This document shows positions 51,047 to 64,000 of a DNA stretch of 64,000 bases, in pieces. The stretch lies in contig NC_069003.1 of NCBI RefSeq assembly GCF_001194135.2, forward strand, positions 5,728,984-5,792,983, given 5' to 3'. The notes below the pieces were generated by a model. That model was given only the letters and a program-made list of their open reading frames with translations. It was not told the origin of the DNA and searched no databases. This stretch comes from Octopus bimaculoides (taxonomy: Eukaryota). Numbering within the stretch: the first letter of the stretch is position 1; each line of letters opens with the position of its first letter. The position numbers and the translations under genes are program-made.

Positions 51047-54000
51047 AATAATAATAATAATAATCTATCAAATCCATTCCTTAGGTAATGACTAGCTCAA
51101 GGCTCTCATAGAAGACCCTTGCCCAAGACGCTTTTGCCATGCATCAGGATTGAACCCAAGATTGGAAAGCAAGCTTCTTAACCAACAGCCACTTGCCATG
51201 ACTAAATGACTAAAATTTTACGACTAATTATTACAAGACAGTTTGTCTGCCAGTTCTGCTAGTCTTACATGATAACTGTAATGATAATGACAATATCATA
51301 ATGTTAACTACATTACTGTAACACAATAACATTATAACTGTAATGTTAACCATGTAGTAATGATAACACAGTTAGAGTAATGAAATATTGTAACCATATT
51401 TTTGTTCATAAAATAATGCTTATAATGCAACATTGTAACAACAGTGCAATGCTGTGATTACAACAACAATGGTAATATAATGTTATACCAAAATCAAGAA
51501 CAGAATATTGTGACAACAACTTCAATGACAGTATTTTAAATGCCATTGTAAATTAATTCCTTTCATCCCTGTAGTCTTAATGAACCCTTATCAAAATTTA
51601 ATTTAAATAAAAATGAAAAATATCCCCCATGGAATTTTCTTTTAACAAACCAAACAATAACTTAAAAATCATTTGAACTTCATTGTTTTTATTTTTCCTC
51701 AATTTTTCATCTCAGCTAAATATATTTTGCTTTAAATTTCATTAAAAAAACAACTTTGTTTAGTTTAGTTTTCAAACTTCAGTTAAAGATTAATATAAAA
51801 ATAAAAATAAAAAGGAATGTTTTCACTAATGAGACAGAAGTAAGTTGGTTAATTAATTAATTAAAGTACAGGACTTTGATAGAGCTTCTTTCGGAAGACA
51901 TTGTGTTGTGTCCTTTGAGAAAGAACGTGACATTATAAATGGCTGCTTGCATGGCATGTAGTCAAGAAGTTTACTTTAGGTTCAATCTCATTGTGTGACA
52001 CCTCAGACTAATACCTTTCTGTAGTGGATAGAATAAGAACCAGTGAAGTCGCTGGGTCAATATGATTAACTGTCTGTGCTCTTAAATTTGTGGTCTAAAG
52101 CAACATGTACTAGGGCAGGGCTGACATAATCAGGTGATGTAATCACCAATATTCTTGAATATGATAAGTGCTGCTCTACCTGGTATGCCTGTAGGTTTAT
52201 TGTTAAGACCAGTGTATACAAGGCTATGATGAAAGTGGAAGGTGCAGGCAAGGCTGTGTGGTTAAGAGGTTTGTTTTCTATCTTCAAGCTCTCAGGTTCA
52301 GTCCCAGTGTGTGGCACTTTAGTCTCTTCTACTATAGTGTTGGGCCAACCAAAACACTGAATGGATTTGGTAGATATTAATGAAAGAAGCACATCCAACA
52401 CACACATATGTGTGTATATACATAGACATATATAAGTGCATATATACATACATGTACATATCACCAGCCACTTAGGGACATGCTCAACTGGTTAAGGTCA
52501 ATATTATTATTATTAAAGGCATGTATTGGACAAAATGCTAAGTCACAATTCTTCTAGATCTTTACATTCTGAGATCAAATCTCACCAAAGTTAACTCTTT
52601 TCATCTTTTCTACTCTAAGCACTAGGCCCGAAATTTTGGGGGGCCAATCAATTAGTTGTGTTCCCCAGTACACAACTGGTACTTAATTTATTGACCCCGA
52701 TAGGATGAAAGGCAAGGTTGACCTTGGAGGAATTTGAACTCAGAACATAAAGACTGACGAAATACTGCTAAGCATTTTGCCCGGTGTGCTAACATTTCTG
52801 CCAGTTTGCCACCTTGGGTTGGATAAAATAAAGTACTAATGAAGCACTGCAGATAACTGCAATCAAGTAAACCCCTCCCCTCAAATTGCTGGCCTTGTGC
52901 CAAAATTAGAATTATAGTCATTTATTTATTCAGTTATGTACATATGAGAATTCCATTAGTGTGACAGAAACAGATCATGTCTGTTACAAAGCCAATTGCA
53001 CTATTATGCCAAGTAAGAAAGAATTATTATTATTATTATTATTATTATTATCATCATTATTGTTGTTGTTGTTGTTGTTGTTGTTGTAGGTGCAGACATG
53101 GTTGGGTGGTTAGAAGTTTGCTTCCCAACTACATGGTTCTAGGTTCAGTCCCACTGCATGGCACCTTGGACAAGTGTTTTCTACTATAGCCTCAGACTGA
53201 TGAAAATCTTGTGAATGGATTTGGTTGACGGAAACTGAAAGAAGCCCATTGTGTATGTGTGTGTGCGTTTGTCTATTTTCGTCCCCTACCAGAACTTAGC
53301 AACTGGTGCTGGTGTGTTTACATCCCCACAACTTAGCAGTTTGGCCAAAGGGACTGATAGAATAAGTACCAGGCTTGAAAAAAGTACTGGGTTTGTTTCA
53401 TTCAACTAAAATTTTCCATGGCTGTGCCCCAGCATGGCCACAGTTGAATGACTGAGACAAGTAAAGCATAACAGATTATTTGTATATTTAGTTAGCTATA
53501 CAGTGCTGGTGCCATGTAAAAAGCACCCAGTTCACTCTGTAAAGTGGTTGATGTAAGGAAGAGCACCCAGCTGTAGAAAACATGCCAAAACATACAACGG
53601 AGCCTTGTGTGGCTCCTGGCCTTACCAGTTCCTGTCAAACCATCCAATCCACGCCAGCATGGAAAGAGGACATTAAATGGATAATGATGATGATGATGAT
53701 ATATATGAATTACGCTAGTGTGACAAAAACGAGATCATGTTTGTTATAAAGCTATTACACAAGTTGTGTCAGAGATACCAGGTTCTATCTCTAATGGACC
53801 TCAATTACATCAGTGTGAAATAGAAGCCATGCTATGTCCATAATATACCTAATTACACTAGTGTGAAAGCCAGATTGTGTCTGTAATAAAGCCAATTCTT
53901 AGATAAAGATTAAAAAACTTTTATTAATGGTTTACTCAAAAGAGTCATAGCATGACTTGTGACGTTTTTGAAGGTGCTCCAAGACTTTGGAGAAAAAAGA

Positions 54001-56481
54001 AAGGAAGATTTTTGATATCTTCAGTTTGAAAACTTGGTTTAAATTCTGGCTACAGAATGGACTCCACAAAAAGTATTCAAAGACCAGATGGTGATGTTAC
54101 ACAAGGCATTGGTTTGAATTTACTGGTTAAGAACACCTACAGTCCACCTGATAGAGTTCCATATGGTTTCTACTGACCCCACTTTTGCTGACAAGATTAA
54201 GATTGTCCTGAGATAAGATTAAGATGCAAACAAGATTAAGGTTGTTCTTGGGACAAGATTAAGACACTGATAAGATTAAAGTTGATCTGAGAGTACGGTA
54301 CAAAAAATATCTCCTTAAGGTTATATATGGTGCAGTGGGATCAAACCTAGAACCATGTCATTGTGTAATGAACTTCTTAAGTGCACAGTTGTACCTGCAC
54401 TCTGCACCTATAATGGATGCATCTGAGATTGTGCAAGGGATATCTGGGAGTAAAAAGATGACTAAAGTAAACAAATTGGCCCCCAGGCTTTCAGCCAACA
54501 TGCAGATGGATCATTAAAGCATGTGCTCTGATATTATGAAGAGTAGTGTAGCAAAGAAGCAGCCTGCTCTGGGTAGCACTTTTATGAGAGCAGCACTTTT
54601 GCATCTGCCATATAAGCCTGTGTAGGGGTGGGGTAACAGGGCATGTGGCAGTATGGAGTGGGGTGGAATTCAGACTCAAGGGCTGCTGCAGATGGTGCAT
54701 TTTTAGTTATGTCACTGATTACGAATCATTATTTTGATGTATAAAACCTAAGAAAATGTAAAATTTTGAATTTTTTTATATCTTTGAAAAAAAATTTTGT
54801 TTTTCTTTTATTTCATTATTTTTTTCAATTTTTAATGTTTTTTTTCTTCAAAGAAACAATAGTAATTTTACAAACATATTATATAATCACTCACTGTCTC
54901 TCTCTCTCTCTCCGTCTCTCCCTGTTAGATTGGATCCAGTAGCAAAATGAGGCTTCGCAGGGTATCCACATTTTATTTTTGCCTCTTGCTTTTCTTCTCT
55001 TCTTCTCTGGCCTCGACTTCTTTCTACATTAATTAATGCTCTAATTATAATATAACCTCTAAAGCAACTTCTCTACATATAACCTTACTAAAGAACTAAT
55101 AAAGAAACAGCTGCAATTAACCACAAAAACAACAATAATAATAATCATAACAACAATAATAACAGCAATGATATCAAATAGTTGCCTTGGAAACGATTTT
55201 AAAAAATGTCAAAGAAATACACAGCCAAAAGCTAGAACTTACATGTCTGTATAACAGAGAAGAGCACTCACTCAGTACTGCATGCATGTATCACATAGAG
55301 TAGTAAAAGATTCAACACATATACACCCACATCGTAACTGCTGGACACTGCACATATATAATATGTAGTGTATTGTAGGACTTCTTTTATTTTTTACTGG
55401 TTTCAGTCATTGGACTGCGGCCATGCTGGAGCACCACCTTGAGTTTTAGTCATATGAATCGATCCCAGGGTTTTTGTGTCTTTTGAGCTTGGTACTTTTT
55501 CTATCACTCTTTTGTTGAACTGCTAAGTTATGAGGACATAAACACACCAACATTGGTTGACAAGCAGTGGGGGGGGGGTAACACAAGTAGAAAGGTACAC
55601 AGACGCACGCACACATACACACACGATGAGCTTCTTTCAGTTTAAATCCACTCATAAAGCTTTGGTTGGCCCAAGGCTATAGAAGACACTTGTCCAAGGT
55701 GCCAAGCAGTGGGACTGAACCTGGAATCATGTGGTTGGGAAGCAAACTTCTTCCCACGCAACCACATATTCATTTATAAATACAAAACGTGGGAGAGAGC
55801 ACTTTTAAGCATACTATGCACACACACACACACATGTGGTAGAATACCCTGGGGCTTATACACATGCATACAATAATATTACCAGGTGCTGTACACATGT
55901 TATGCAAAGTACCAAAAACACAAAACATTGCATGTACCCAAAGTCCACAGAGCCATGCTTAATCATTCAGGAAAATCTTGCAAAACTCTTGAAATATTAA
56001 TAACAATAATAACAACAACAATGCTTTCTTTATTAACCTCAAGGTTTGATAAATGAATCAATGATGTTACAGGACCTTGCTGTGTGGGGCTACATAAAAA
56101 GAAAAATGTGTAAACAAGGAAATGAAAACAAAAAAAGATTCCAAGAAAAATTCCCCTCTTGTTGAAACCCCACAAAAACCAGAGTCACCCTGATCATGAA
56201 GGCATGTGTCCTTTGCCCTCATGCAGCTGCCCTTCTCCAATCCATAGGTGCATGCTCAGAGCAGGCCCAATCACTTGGATGATATTTGCCACTTTTGCCA
56301 CCACCTTTCAACAAATTTGCTGGGAACACCTCATTTTTCTTTTTAAGTGATGAGAGATTAGCCAAAGAGGAAGACACCTGTCTTCAGCCCCTTCAGTCTC
56401 AGCCATCATGTGACTTCTTTAGCCAAAGCCACCAGACAGATAAAAAATGCCTGCCCTTCCTAACCAAAGGAAGGGAATGAG

Positions 56482-56930
56482 AATTTCTATTATAGGCACA
56501 AGGCCTGAAATTTTGAGGGAGGGAACTAGTTGATTACATCAACCCCAGTGCGCAACTGGTACTTATTTTATTGACCCTGAAAGGGTGAAAGGCAAACTTG
56601 ACCTCAGTAGAATTTGAAATCAGAATGTAACGACAGATGCAATGCCACCAATCATTCTGTCTGGCATGCTAACAATTCCGCCAGCTCACCACCTTAATAA
56701 TAACAACAATAATAATAATCCTTACTATTTTGGGCACTAGGCCTGAAATCTTGTGTGAAAGGTTAAACCAGTTACATCAACCCCAGTACTCCACTGCTAT
56801 TAAATTCATCGACCCTGAAAGGATGAAAGAAGTCAACCTTGGCAGAATTTGAACTCAGAACATAAGGACAGATGAAATGCCATTAGTCATTTCACCCGGT
56901 GTACTAACAATTCTGCCAGCTTGACACCTT
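56482..56930 (-). mobile_element. Two tandem family A SINEs
   Basis: Full reverse copies at 56482-56695 and 56717-56930. Confidence 0.8.
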
Positions 56931-57049
56931 AATAATGATGTTTTGAATTTACATGAGAGGCTAAAAGCACATTTGCAATGTAAATAGAGTTGAGTCTTGT
57001 TGGAAAACCTCATAATAATACCTGAATTACAATATGAATTTATATATTG

Positions 57050-57092
<43 letters not shown>

Positions 57093-57848
57093 GAAGATTC
57101 TGATCTGATTATCATGTTAATCCACAATTATGGAAGAACTTCTTGTTGAAAAACAAAGTATTTTATGAACGTCTTTATTCATATTTTTACAGGGTCAATG
57201 TTGTTTCAGCAAAGCAAATATTTGCTAAGCATCACCAGAGAAATTATGTTATTGTATTGGTATCTTAACCACCTGACCATTTGCTAGTATATTGGTGTCT
57301 TAGACAGCTTGTTATTTATTATCATATTATATCATTGTTTTAATGTCCACTTTCACATGCTTGCATGAGTGAAGTGGAGTTTAATAAGATACAATAAGTC
57401 TCTGCAGCCGGATGCCCTCTCTGTCACCAACATTCACCTGTTTCCAAACAAGGTAATATTTCCTCATGGCCAGACATGTTTTCACAGTCTTGGAAATGAA
57501 TGACATTCATTTATAAACATTATGCAATGCCAAGGCAAGAAGACACAAGCATACACTCATAGACACATATACAGACATATGTGCATGCATGCACAATGGC
57601 TTCCTTAATTTCCCTTGTACCAAATCCACTCACAAAGCTCTGGTTTGCCCAAGGTGCTGCACTATGAGACTGAACTCCAAAACAATGTGGTTGGGGAGCA
57701 AACTTTTCTCAACCACACAGCCACGCCTGCACCTATTGTAACTGTATATATTGATAATACTGTTCTATATTTTAGAGATGAAGAATTGTGTACATTAGTT
57801 ACATTGGACGGATATGTGTCCTCATCTTGTTTGTTGTTACCACAACGT

Positions 57849-58575
57849 TTCTACTAAAGGCATAAGGCCTGAAATTTGGGGGGGAGGAGACTGGTCGATT
57901 ATATTGACCTTAGTGTATCACTTGTACTTGATTTATTGACTCCAAAAGGATGAAAGGCAAAGTTGACCTTGGTGGAATTTGAACTCAGAATGTAAAGACA
58001 GACGAAATGCTGTGAAACATTTTTCCTGGCATGCTAACGATTAAGGCAGCTTTGCGGCATTTTGTCTGTCTATTATTATTATTATTATTATTATTATCAT
58101 TATTATTATTATTACTATTAAGGCGGCAAGCTGGTAAAACTGTTAGTATGCTGAGCAAAATGCTAAGCAGTTTTTCACCTGTTGTTACATTTTCAGTTCA
58201 AATTCTGCCAAGGTTGACTTTGCCTTTCATCTTTTTAGGGTTGATAAATTAAGTATCAATGAAAACACTGGGGTCGATGTAATTAATCAGTCCCCTCCCA
58301 TCAAATTGCAGGCCTTGTACTTATAGTAGAAAGGATTATTATTAAGGCTGCCTTAATAATGAAAATAATAACAATAATAATTGTTTTTGATATGGCTACA
58401 ATGCCTGAAATTTAGGGTAAGAAGGTAGTCAGTTACATCAATCTTAGTCCTTGATTGCTGCTTTATGTTATCGACTCTGGAAGGATGAAAAGCATAGTTG
58501 ACTTCAATGAGATTTGAAACCGAAATGAAAAGAATTGGAGCAAAATCCCTTGAAGCATTTTTTCTGATGCATGAA
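57849..58575. mobile_element. Three family A SINEs in alternating orientation (-,+,-)
   Basis: 57849-58048(-), 58120-58336(+), 58385-58575(-), with short (TAT/AAT)n spacers. Confidence 0.8.
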
Positions 58576-59120
58576 CAATTCCTCCAACACATTTCCCTTT
58601 AATAGTTTCTGATTTAGGTTCAGCTTACTGTTGTTAAAATCAAAAACTCCAGTGGAAGATCTCATTCTTTGTACATCGTACATTGACATCACTTTCCAGA
58701 CATTGGTACAACTACAAGGCACTGAAATAATGCTGGAAAATCTGTCGGCTACAATGGGCAGTTAATCTTACTGTAGGTCATTTTTAGAGAGCATTCAAGC
58801 TGGCTAGTGGTAGTGGTGGTTGTTGTTGTTGGAAATAATTCAGTGTAAATAATAGGAAGTTTGTGAGGAGTGTTGTTTGTAGAAAAAGGAAGTGTGATTG
58901 TCCAAGGTATTTTGACCAGTTTAGGAAGTGAGATAGTGCTTCCTCAGACGTGGCATGTGTTGTCTTGGTGTTGCCATAGCTTCCTGTAGTCAAGTCTTGT
59001 GATACCATTTTCTAGTTAGGCATATGGCTAAGTATGATGAGAAAATGCATTGGCATCTACAGGTCAGTGGCTGAAGAGGAAGAAATTAATCTAATGTTAA
59101 GAAGGGGGACACTAGATTAA

Positions 59121-59290
59121 CTCTTTGGCATTTAATCTGGCTTAAATATTCAACATGTTTTATGTTAAAATTGACCAGATCTAGCCCTGTCCCATTGAAA
59201 TCTCAACGTTACAAGATAATGAATGATTAATTTAGAACAATGTGAATAAACAAACATTACATTTGACAGAATAATTTGAATACGAAGGTG
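59121..59290. mobile_element. TTAA-flanked MITE, inverted relative of 11117-11320
   Basis: TTAA|CTCTTTGGCATTTAA ... TACGAAGGTG|TTAA; interior homologous to the reverse complement of 11117-11320. Confidence 0.6.
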
Positions 59291-59325
59291 TTAAGTAACA
59301 TTGTTTGGATCTGTGTTGAATCTGA

Positions 59326-59423
59326 TTATAAGTCAGAAGCCTCCACATAGTTATGAGTCTGAAGCCTCTACTCAGTTATGAGTCTGAAGCCTGTACACAG
59401 AGATGAGTCTGAAGCCTCTACAC
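59326..59423. repeat. 25-bp minisatellite, about 4 copies
   Basis: Unit TTATGAGTCTGAAGCCTCTACNCAG at 59326, 59351, 59376 and 59401. Confidence 0.9.
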
Positions 59424-59483
59424 CAGTGTTTTTCAACCAGTGTGTCAAGGGGGCGGCAGCCCGAAAAAGTTTGGGAACCACTG
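59424..59483. mobile_element. 60-bp minimal hAT-type MITE
   Basis: CAGTGTTTTTCAACC ... GTTTGGGAACCACTG; no clear TSD. Confidence 0.55.
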
Positions 59484-59839
59484 TTATAGATCAAGGGGTC
59501 CATCTATTGGGCCACAAACCAGCTGTGGGTCATTTTGTATGGGGCTACACAGAAAGAATAAATTTTTCAATTCTGTTTCTATTTCATTGACTATCGCAGT
59601 CTATGAAATGTTTTTTGCATTATACATCATATTGTATATGATATCTGTATTATATATGTAATAACTGAATTATGCATTTTATTGTGCTCTGTTATGTGCG
59701 TGATCCTCCTGTCCATGGAAAAGTCATCTTGCATGAAACCAGTCAGTAGTGTGGAAGAGGTTGGGGTCTGCTGCTCCAGATAGTTGTTTGACATGCTAGA
59801 ATCAGCAATAAGGTCTCACTCGAATAATACCCTGCCATC

Positions 59840-59960
59840 TTAAATAAAGGAAAGACACACTGGATAATGTAGTCAGAGTACACTGTATCTTGTAAGAAAA
59901 AAAAAATGGAGTGATGGTCATAGCTGGAATCTTGTTGATTATAGAGATTTCCAATGAGAA
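59840..59960 (+). mobile_element. Fragment of an old interspersed family H (probable SINE tail)
   Basis: AAGGAAAGACACACTGGATAATGTAGTC..GATGGTCATAGCTGGAAT. Related pieces (CTAGAAATAGCAGCC, TTAACCCCAGGTCA) at about 60-100, 8095-8320, 11620, 21545, 24170-24350, 36330, 36480 and 61770. Confidence 0.5.
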
Positions 59961-60284
59961 TGGCAACATGATGTAGACACCCTGTCTATGTTGACATGTG
60001 AGCATCACTGGAGAAAGGAGAAACAGGAAAAAGAATGTTAATATTTGTGTTTGTCAGCAATAGGAAATATGTATTGAAAATGAAATTAAAAAGTTAACTT
60101 TCTCCATATCATTTCTGTTATAGTACTGTGTGGTGTTGTGTGTGTGTGTATGTATGTATATGCATACATACGCACATAGATACATGCATGTATATATAAA
60201 TATATATATATGTTAATGTTTATATATAAATATATACGTTTATATTTATATACATATATGTTTATATTTATATATATACATATG

Positions 60285-60316
<32 letters not shown>

Positions 60317-60673
60317 ATACATATTCATATTCATATGCATTTCTCACTCCTGTTTTGAATATACTTAAAAAAACCCAGAACACTTATCATTTCAGGAGTG
60401 AAGTTTTTTTTCTACGAAGGTTTTTGTAAGTTTCAAATTATGGAATTCTATGAGCAGTCTGCATGTCTTCTGTTGCAGCTTTTTGTTATCATTTATTTGT
60501 GGGGAGGCTACATTTTATTAAAAATTATTTCTCTGATATCTTTTTTTTTTCTCTGTTTGTAATTTTTTTTTACTATTTTTATTACTTCTTGTTTCAAAAT
60601 TAATGCAACCAGACTACTTTTAAAGACTTCCCTTCCAACACATTCACACATGTATATATCTTGCTATACATAA

Positions 60674-60755
<82 letters not shown>

Positions 60756-60933
60756 NNNNNNNNNNNNNNNNNNNNNNNNNNNNNNNNNNNNNNNNNNNNN
60801 NNNNNNNNNNNNNNNNNNNNNNNNNNNNNNNNNNNNNNNNNNNNNNNNNNNNNNNNNNNNNNNNNNNNNNNNNNNNNNNNNNNNNNNNNNNNNNNNNNNN
60901 NNNNNNNNNNNNNNNNNNNNNNNNNNNNNNNNN

Positions 60934-60997
<64 letters not shown>

Positions 60998-63569
60998 CAC
61001 ACACACACATACACACACACACATGCATCATAGTGATATAGGTCATACTGTATCATTGTGACCCAGTAACATACTAAGAACTAAGCACGTCACAAGACAG
61101 AATTTTTAAGCTTTTCTCCAGTGATACTGATGTTACAAGCATTTAGACATTGCACAAACATCTTTGTTATTTAGCTCAAATCACAAGGCTTCCCAACTAT
61201 AACCATCCCATTTTTTTTTTTTTTTTTTAGTATTACATTTTAAATGCAGTGTATTTGTGATCACACTATCCAATGTGATTTTTGGTTTGTTTTGTTTTTT
61301 TCTTTTTAGGCCACCTCTGGTTTGAGGAGACAAACTTCCTGTAGTTAAAGTGGTGATCTAAGTTTAAACTGTCTACTAATTTCATGTTAATTTATGTTCC
61401 AAAAACCAGTGTAACACTGACAAAGTTATTTTACCAAATTTTCCATTAGTCTCATAATTAATTGAAACAGAGGTACCTGCTAAAGGAAAAGCAATGGGAA
61501 ATAGTAATAATGATAATAATCTTTTCTACTCTAGGCAAGAGGCCTGAAATTTTGGGGAACAGGGGGCCAGTTGATTAGATCGACCCTAGTACACTACTGG
61601 TACTTTATTTATCAACCCTGAAAGGATGAAAGGCAAAGTCGACCTCAATGGAATTTGAACTCAAAACATAAAGACAGATGGAATACCACTAAGCATTTTT
61701 CCTGGCGTGCTAACTATTAAGACAATTTCTTATCATGCCATATTTCTTTTAACAGAAATGTGGTATGTTATGGGAGATTTGGCTACTATCTCTAGCAGGT
61801 TCAGTCATCATGTAGATCGGGGGTTCTCAAGCATTTTTTATCTATGGACCCCTTTGATTACTATTTAATCTAGTGCCCCTCCCCACAGCCATTCTGTGTT
61901 TAAAAACTAGTTTTATAGAAACTTCTTTCAAAATTCCTATTTTGCTTTCCACACATTAACTTGTGCAGGTTCAACTATGTAAAACATTAGAGAAAGAAGC
62001 TTAGCTGCTTCTTGTAATACATACCAATACATACATACAAGGCAGAATTTTTCTATATATGCTTGTTTTTATGTTCAGTTATAAGAAAAACAATTTTATA
62101 CTAATCTGAGGGGTTACTCTATACATTTATAGAGTACAAATTTATTGTTTTTAAATAAGAATATTATTGACAGTGATATCATTATTGTGGCTCATTGATA
62201 AGATGTACTGAGGTCATTTTGAAAGCATATATGTATATAGTAAAAGGAATGAAACCAACCTCCACCAAAAAAAAAAGACAACACTGGAGGGATAAGTGTT
62301 TTAACACATGTTATGTTATGTATGTGAGTGTGTGTGTCTCCTTGTTTCAGTATTGTGTGCTTGTTGTAAATGAGTCTCATTCATTTCCAATATTCTGTGG
62401 AAACATGTCTAGCCATGGGGAAACAGGTAAGGGCTGGTGACTGGAAAGGCACCTAGCTGTAGAAAATTTGCCTCAATAAACTTCACTTGGCCCGTGTAAA
62501 CATAGAAATGGAAAAGTGGAAGTTAGTTAAAATGATGTACTTGGCTCAATTTCACTTCTCGGATAAAAGAAAAAATTTCAAAGAAATGTGTCTTGCCTTG
62601 AGGAAACAAAGAAAAGCCACATTACTGTAGACTATCATCCTAGCCCATAGAAAGAATTATTTTTCATTTACTCTATAGAAATCAGAGAAATGCATTGACC
62701 CCAGAACACAACTGTTGATATCCACATAAAGATACATACCCTATGATCACAACAGCTGGTGCCCATAAAAGGATAGGCACACTATAGTGAATGTGAGACA
62801 TTTGACTAGAGTAATTACAAAATGTCATGATCTATCACACATTGTAATTATCATTGTAAAGTGCCTCATGCTATTCTGTTCTGTGATCATTTTGTATTTA
62901 TCAAGGTAGAGTATCTGATGTTTTTAATTAGTATGGTAAGCTGTCTTGTATGTGTAGTTACCATGGTTAAGTGTTTGATATATGTACTTTTTTTCTTTTT
63001 TTGTTGATTAGCATCATAGAATATTTCACACACTATCGTTTGAATGGTAATCTGATAAATCTCTTTCACATTTTTCAAATCACTTCAGGTTGGTTGTGCA
63101 ATGTATTTATGTGTGTGTATGTATGTAGCTAAGTGTGTATGCATATGTAGTAACTGAAACAAAAAAAATTGTATATATGTATGCCTGTGTGTATTGCCCC
63201 AGCATGACTGCAGTTAAATAATAGAAACTAGTAAAGATAAAAGTAAATGGTATTTGCGTGTGTGTATTTATGTGTGTCAGGAGGTACCTGTCGAGCACTG
63301 GGGGGTTGAGGTAATTGACTAGTCCTGTCACGGACATGACAACCTCTTCAGTGTTTGTTCAGTGATAAAACTTACCCAGTACACTTCATAAAGTGGTTGG
63401 TGATAGAAAGGACATCCAGCTGTAGAAACTATGCCAAAAATGTAAAGGTGTGTTCCTCTAACACATCTAAGGTGACAGTGAGCCTGAATAAGAACTTACT
63501 CAGGCTGCTATGACAACGCATTACACCTGTGTAAGCATGGAAAACGGACATAAAATGAGCGTCGTCATC

Positions 63570-63985
63570 ATCATCATCATCAGCATCATTTAACATCTGT
63601 TCATGCTGGCATGGGTTGGACGGTTTGACCAGAGCTGGTCTGATATGGCATGGTTTCTACTGCTGGATGCCCTTCCTAATGCCAACTGCTTTGCAGAGTG
63701 TGCTGGGTGCTTTTATGTGGCACCACACAGGTGCTATTACATGGTACTGCATGTGCGCTTTTACGTGGCACAACTACATGTGTGCTTTACACCAGCAGGA
63801 TTGGTTTTAACATTTCTACTGTAGGGTACAGGTGTTCTTGAGTACGGCCAGGCACCAGGTATCATGGCCCTTTGTCATCTCACCTGAAAGGTTCAGCTTC
63901 TTGAGATCTTTCTCCAGTACTCCATCCTGTGTCTTCCTAGGTCTCCCAAAGTGTTACATCCACTTTGAGAGATCAGCACTATATA
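63570..63985 (-). mobile_element. 5'-truncated RTE LINE end
   Basis: GRPRKTQDGVLEKDLKKLNLSGEMTKGHDTWCLAVLKNT followed by the family C UTR. Confidence 0.8.
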
Positions 63986-64000
63986 TATATATATATATAT

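Noticed and set aside
54190-59423. CRISPR-like look of the spaced repeats at 54190-54291 and 59326-59423
   Set aside because: Repeats are too short or lack unique spacers, no cas genes are present, and the context is eukaryotic.
92-63824. Most ORFs in the six-frame track (CVCV, YIYI, HTHT, LSLS, poly-S/V/L/T and X-filled frames)
   Set aside because: They are translations of microsatellites, SINE bodies or N-gaps, with no domain content.

Overview
This is AT-rich, repeat-saturated eukaryotic DNA with five N-gaps, and it contains no complete gene, tRNA/rRNA gene or CRISPR array. The repeat content (several tRNA-derived SINE families, RTE and R4/NeSL-type LINE ends, mariner/hAT/piggyBac-type MITEs, a Helentron-type element, dense microsatellites) looks like a coleoid cephalopod, most likely Octopus; that assignment is inferred from family recognition, not from a database search. 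Almost every ORF in the supplied track is a microsatellite or TE artefact. The window is best read as intronic or intergenic sequence, possibly from one large + strand gene. A few short, basic, Arg/Ser-rich candidate exons (10942-11000, 35462-35552/35578, 47925-47979) have plausible splice signals, but I cannot name the protein. The best leads are: (1) a ~97% identical inverted duplication ending ~145 nt upstream of the first candidate exon; (2) a ~290-nt palindrome beside (3) a decayed Penelope-type hammerhead ribozyme motif; (4) alternating inverted SINE triplets (potential dsRNA/ADAR substrates); (5) modular SINEs whose RTE partner LINE is visible in the same window; (6) an unclassified ~100-bp repeat that keeps its reading frame between two copies. 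I cannot support a wholly new biological system from this sequence alone. Boundaries of decayed repeats are approximate (about +/-10-20 nt).
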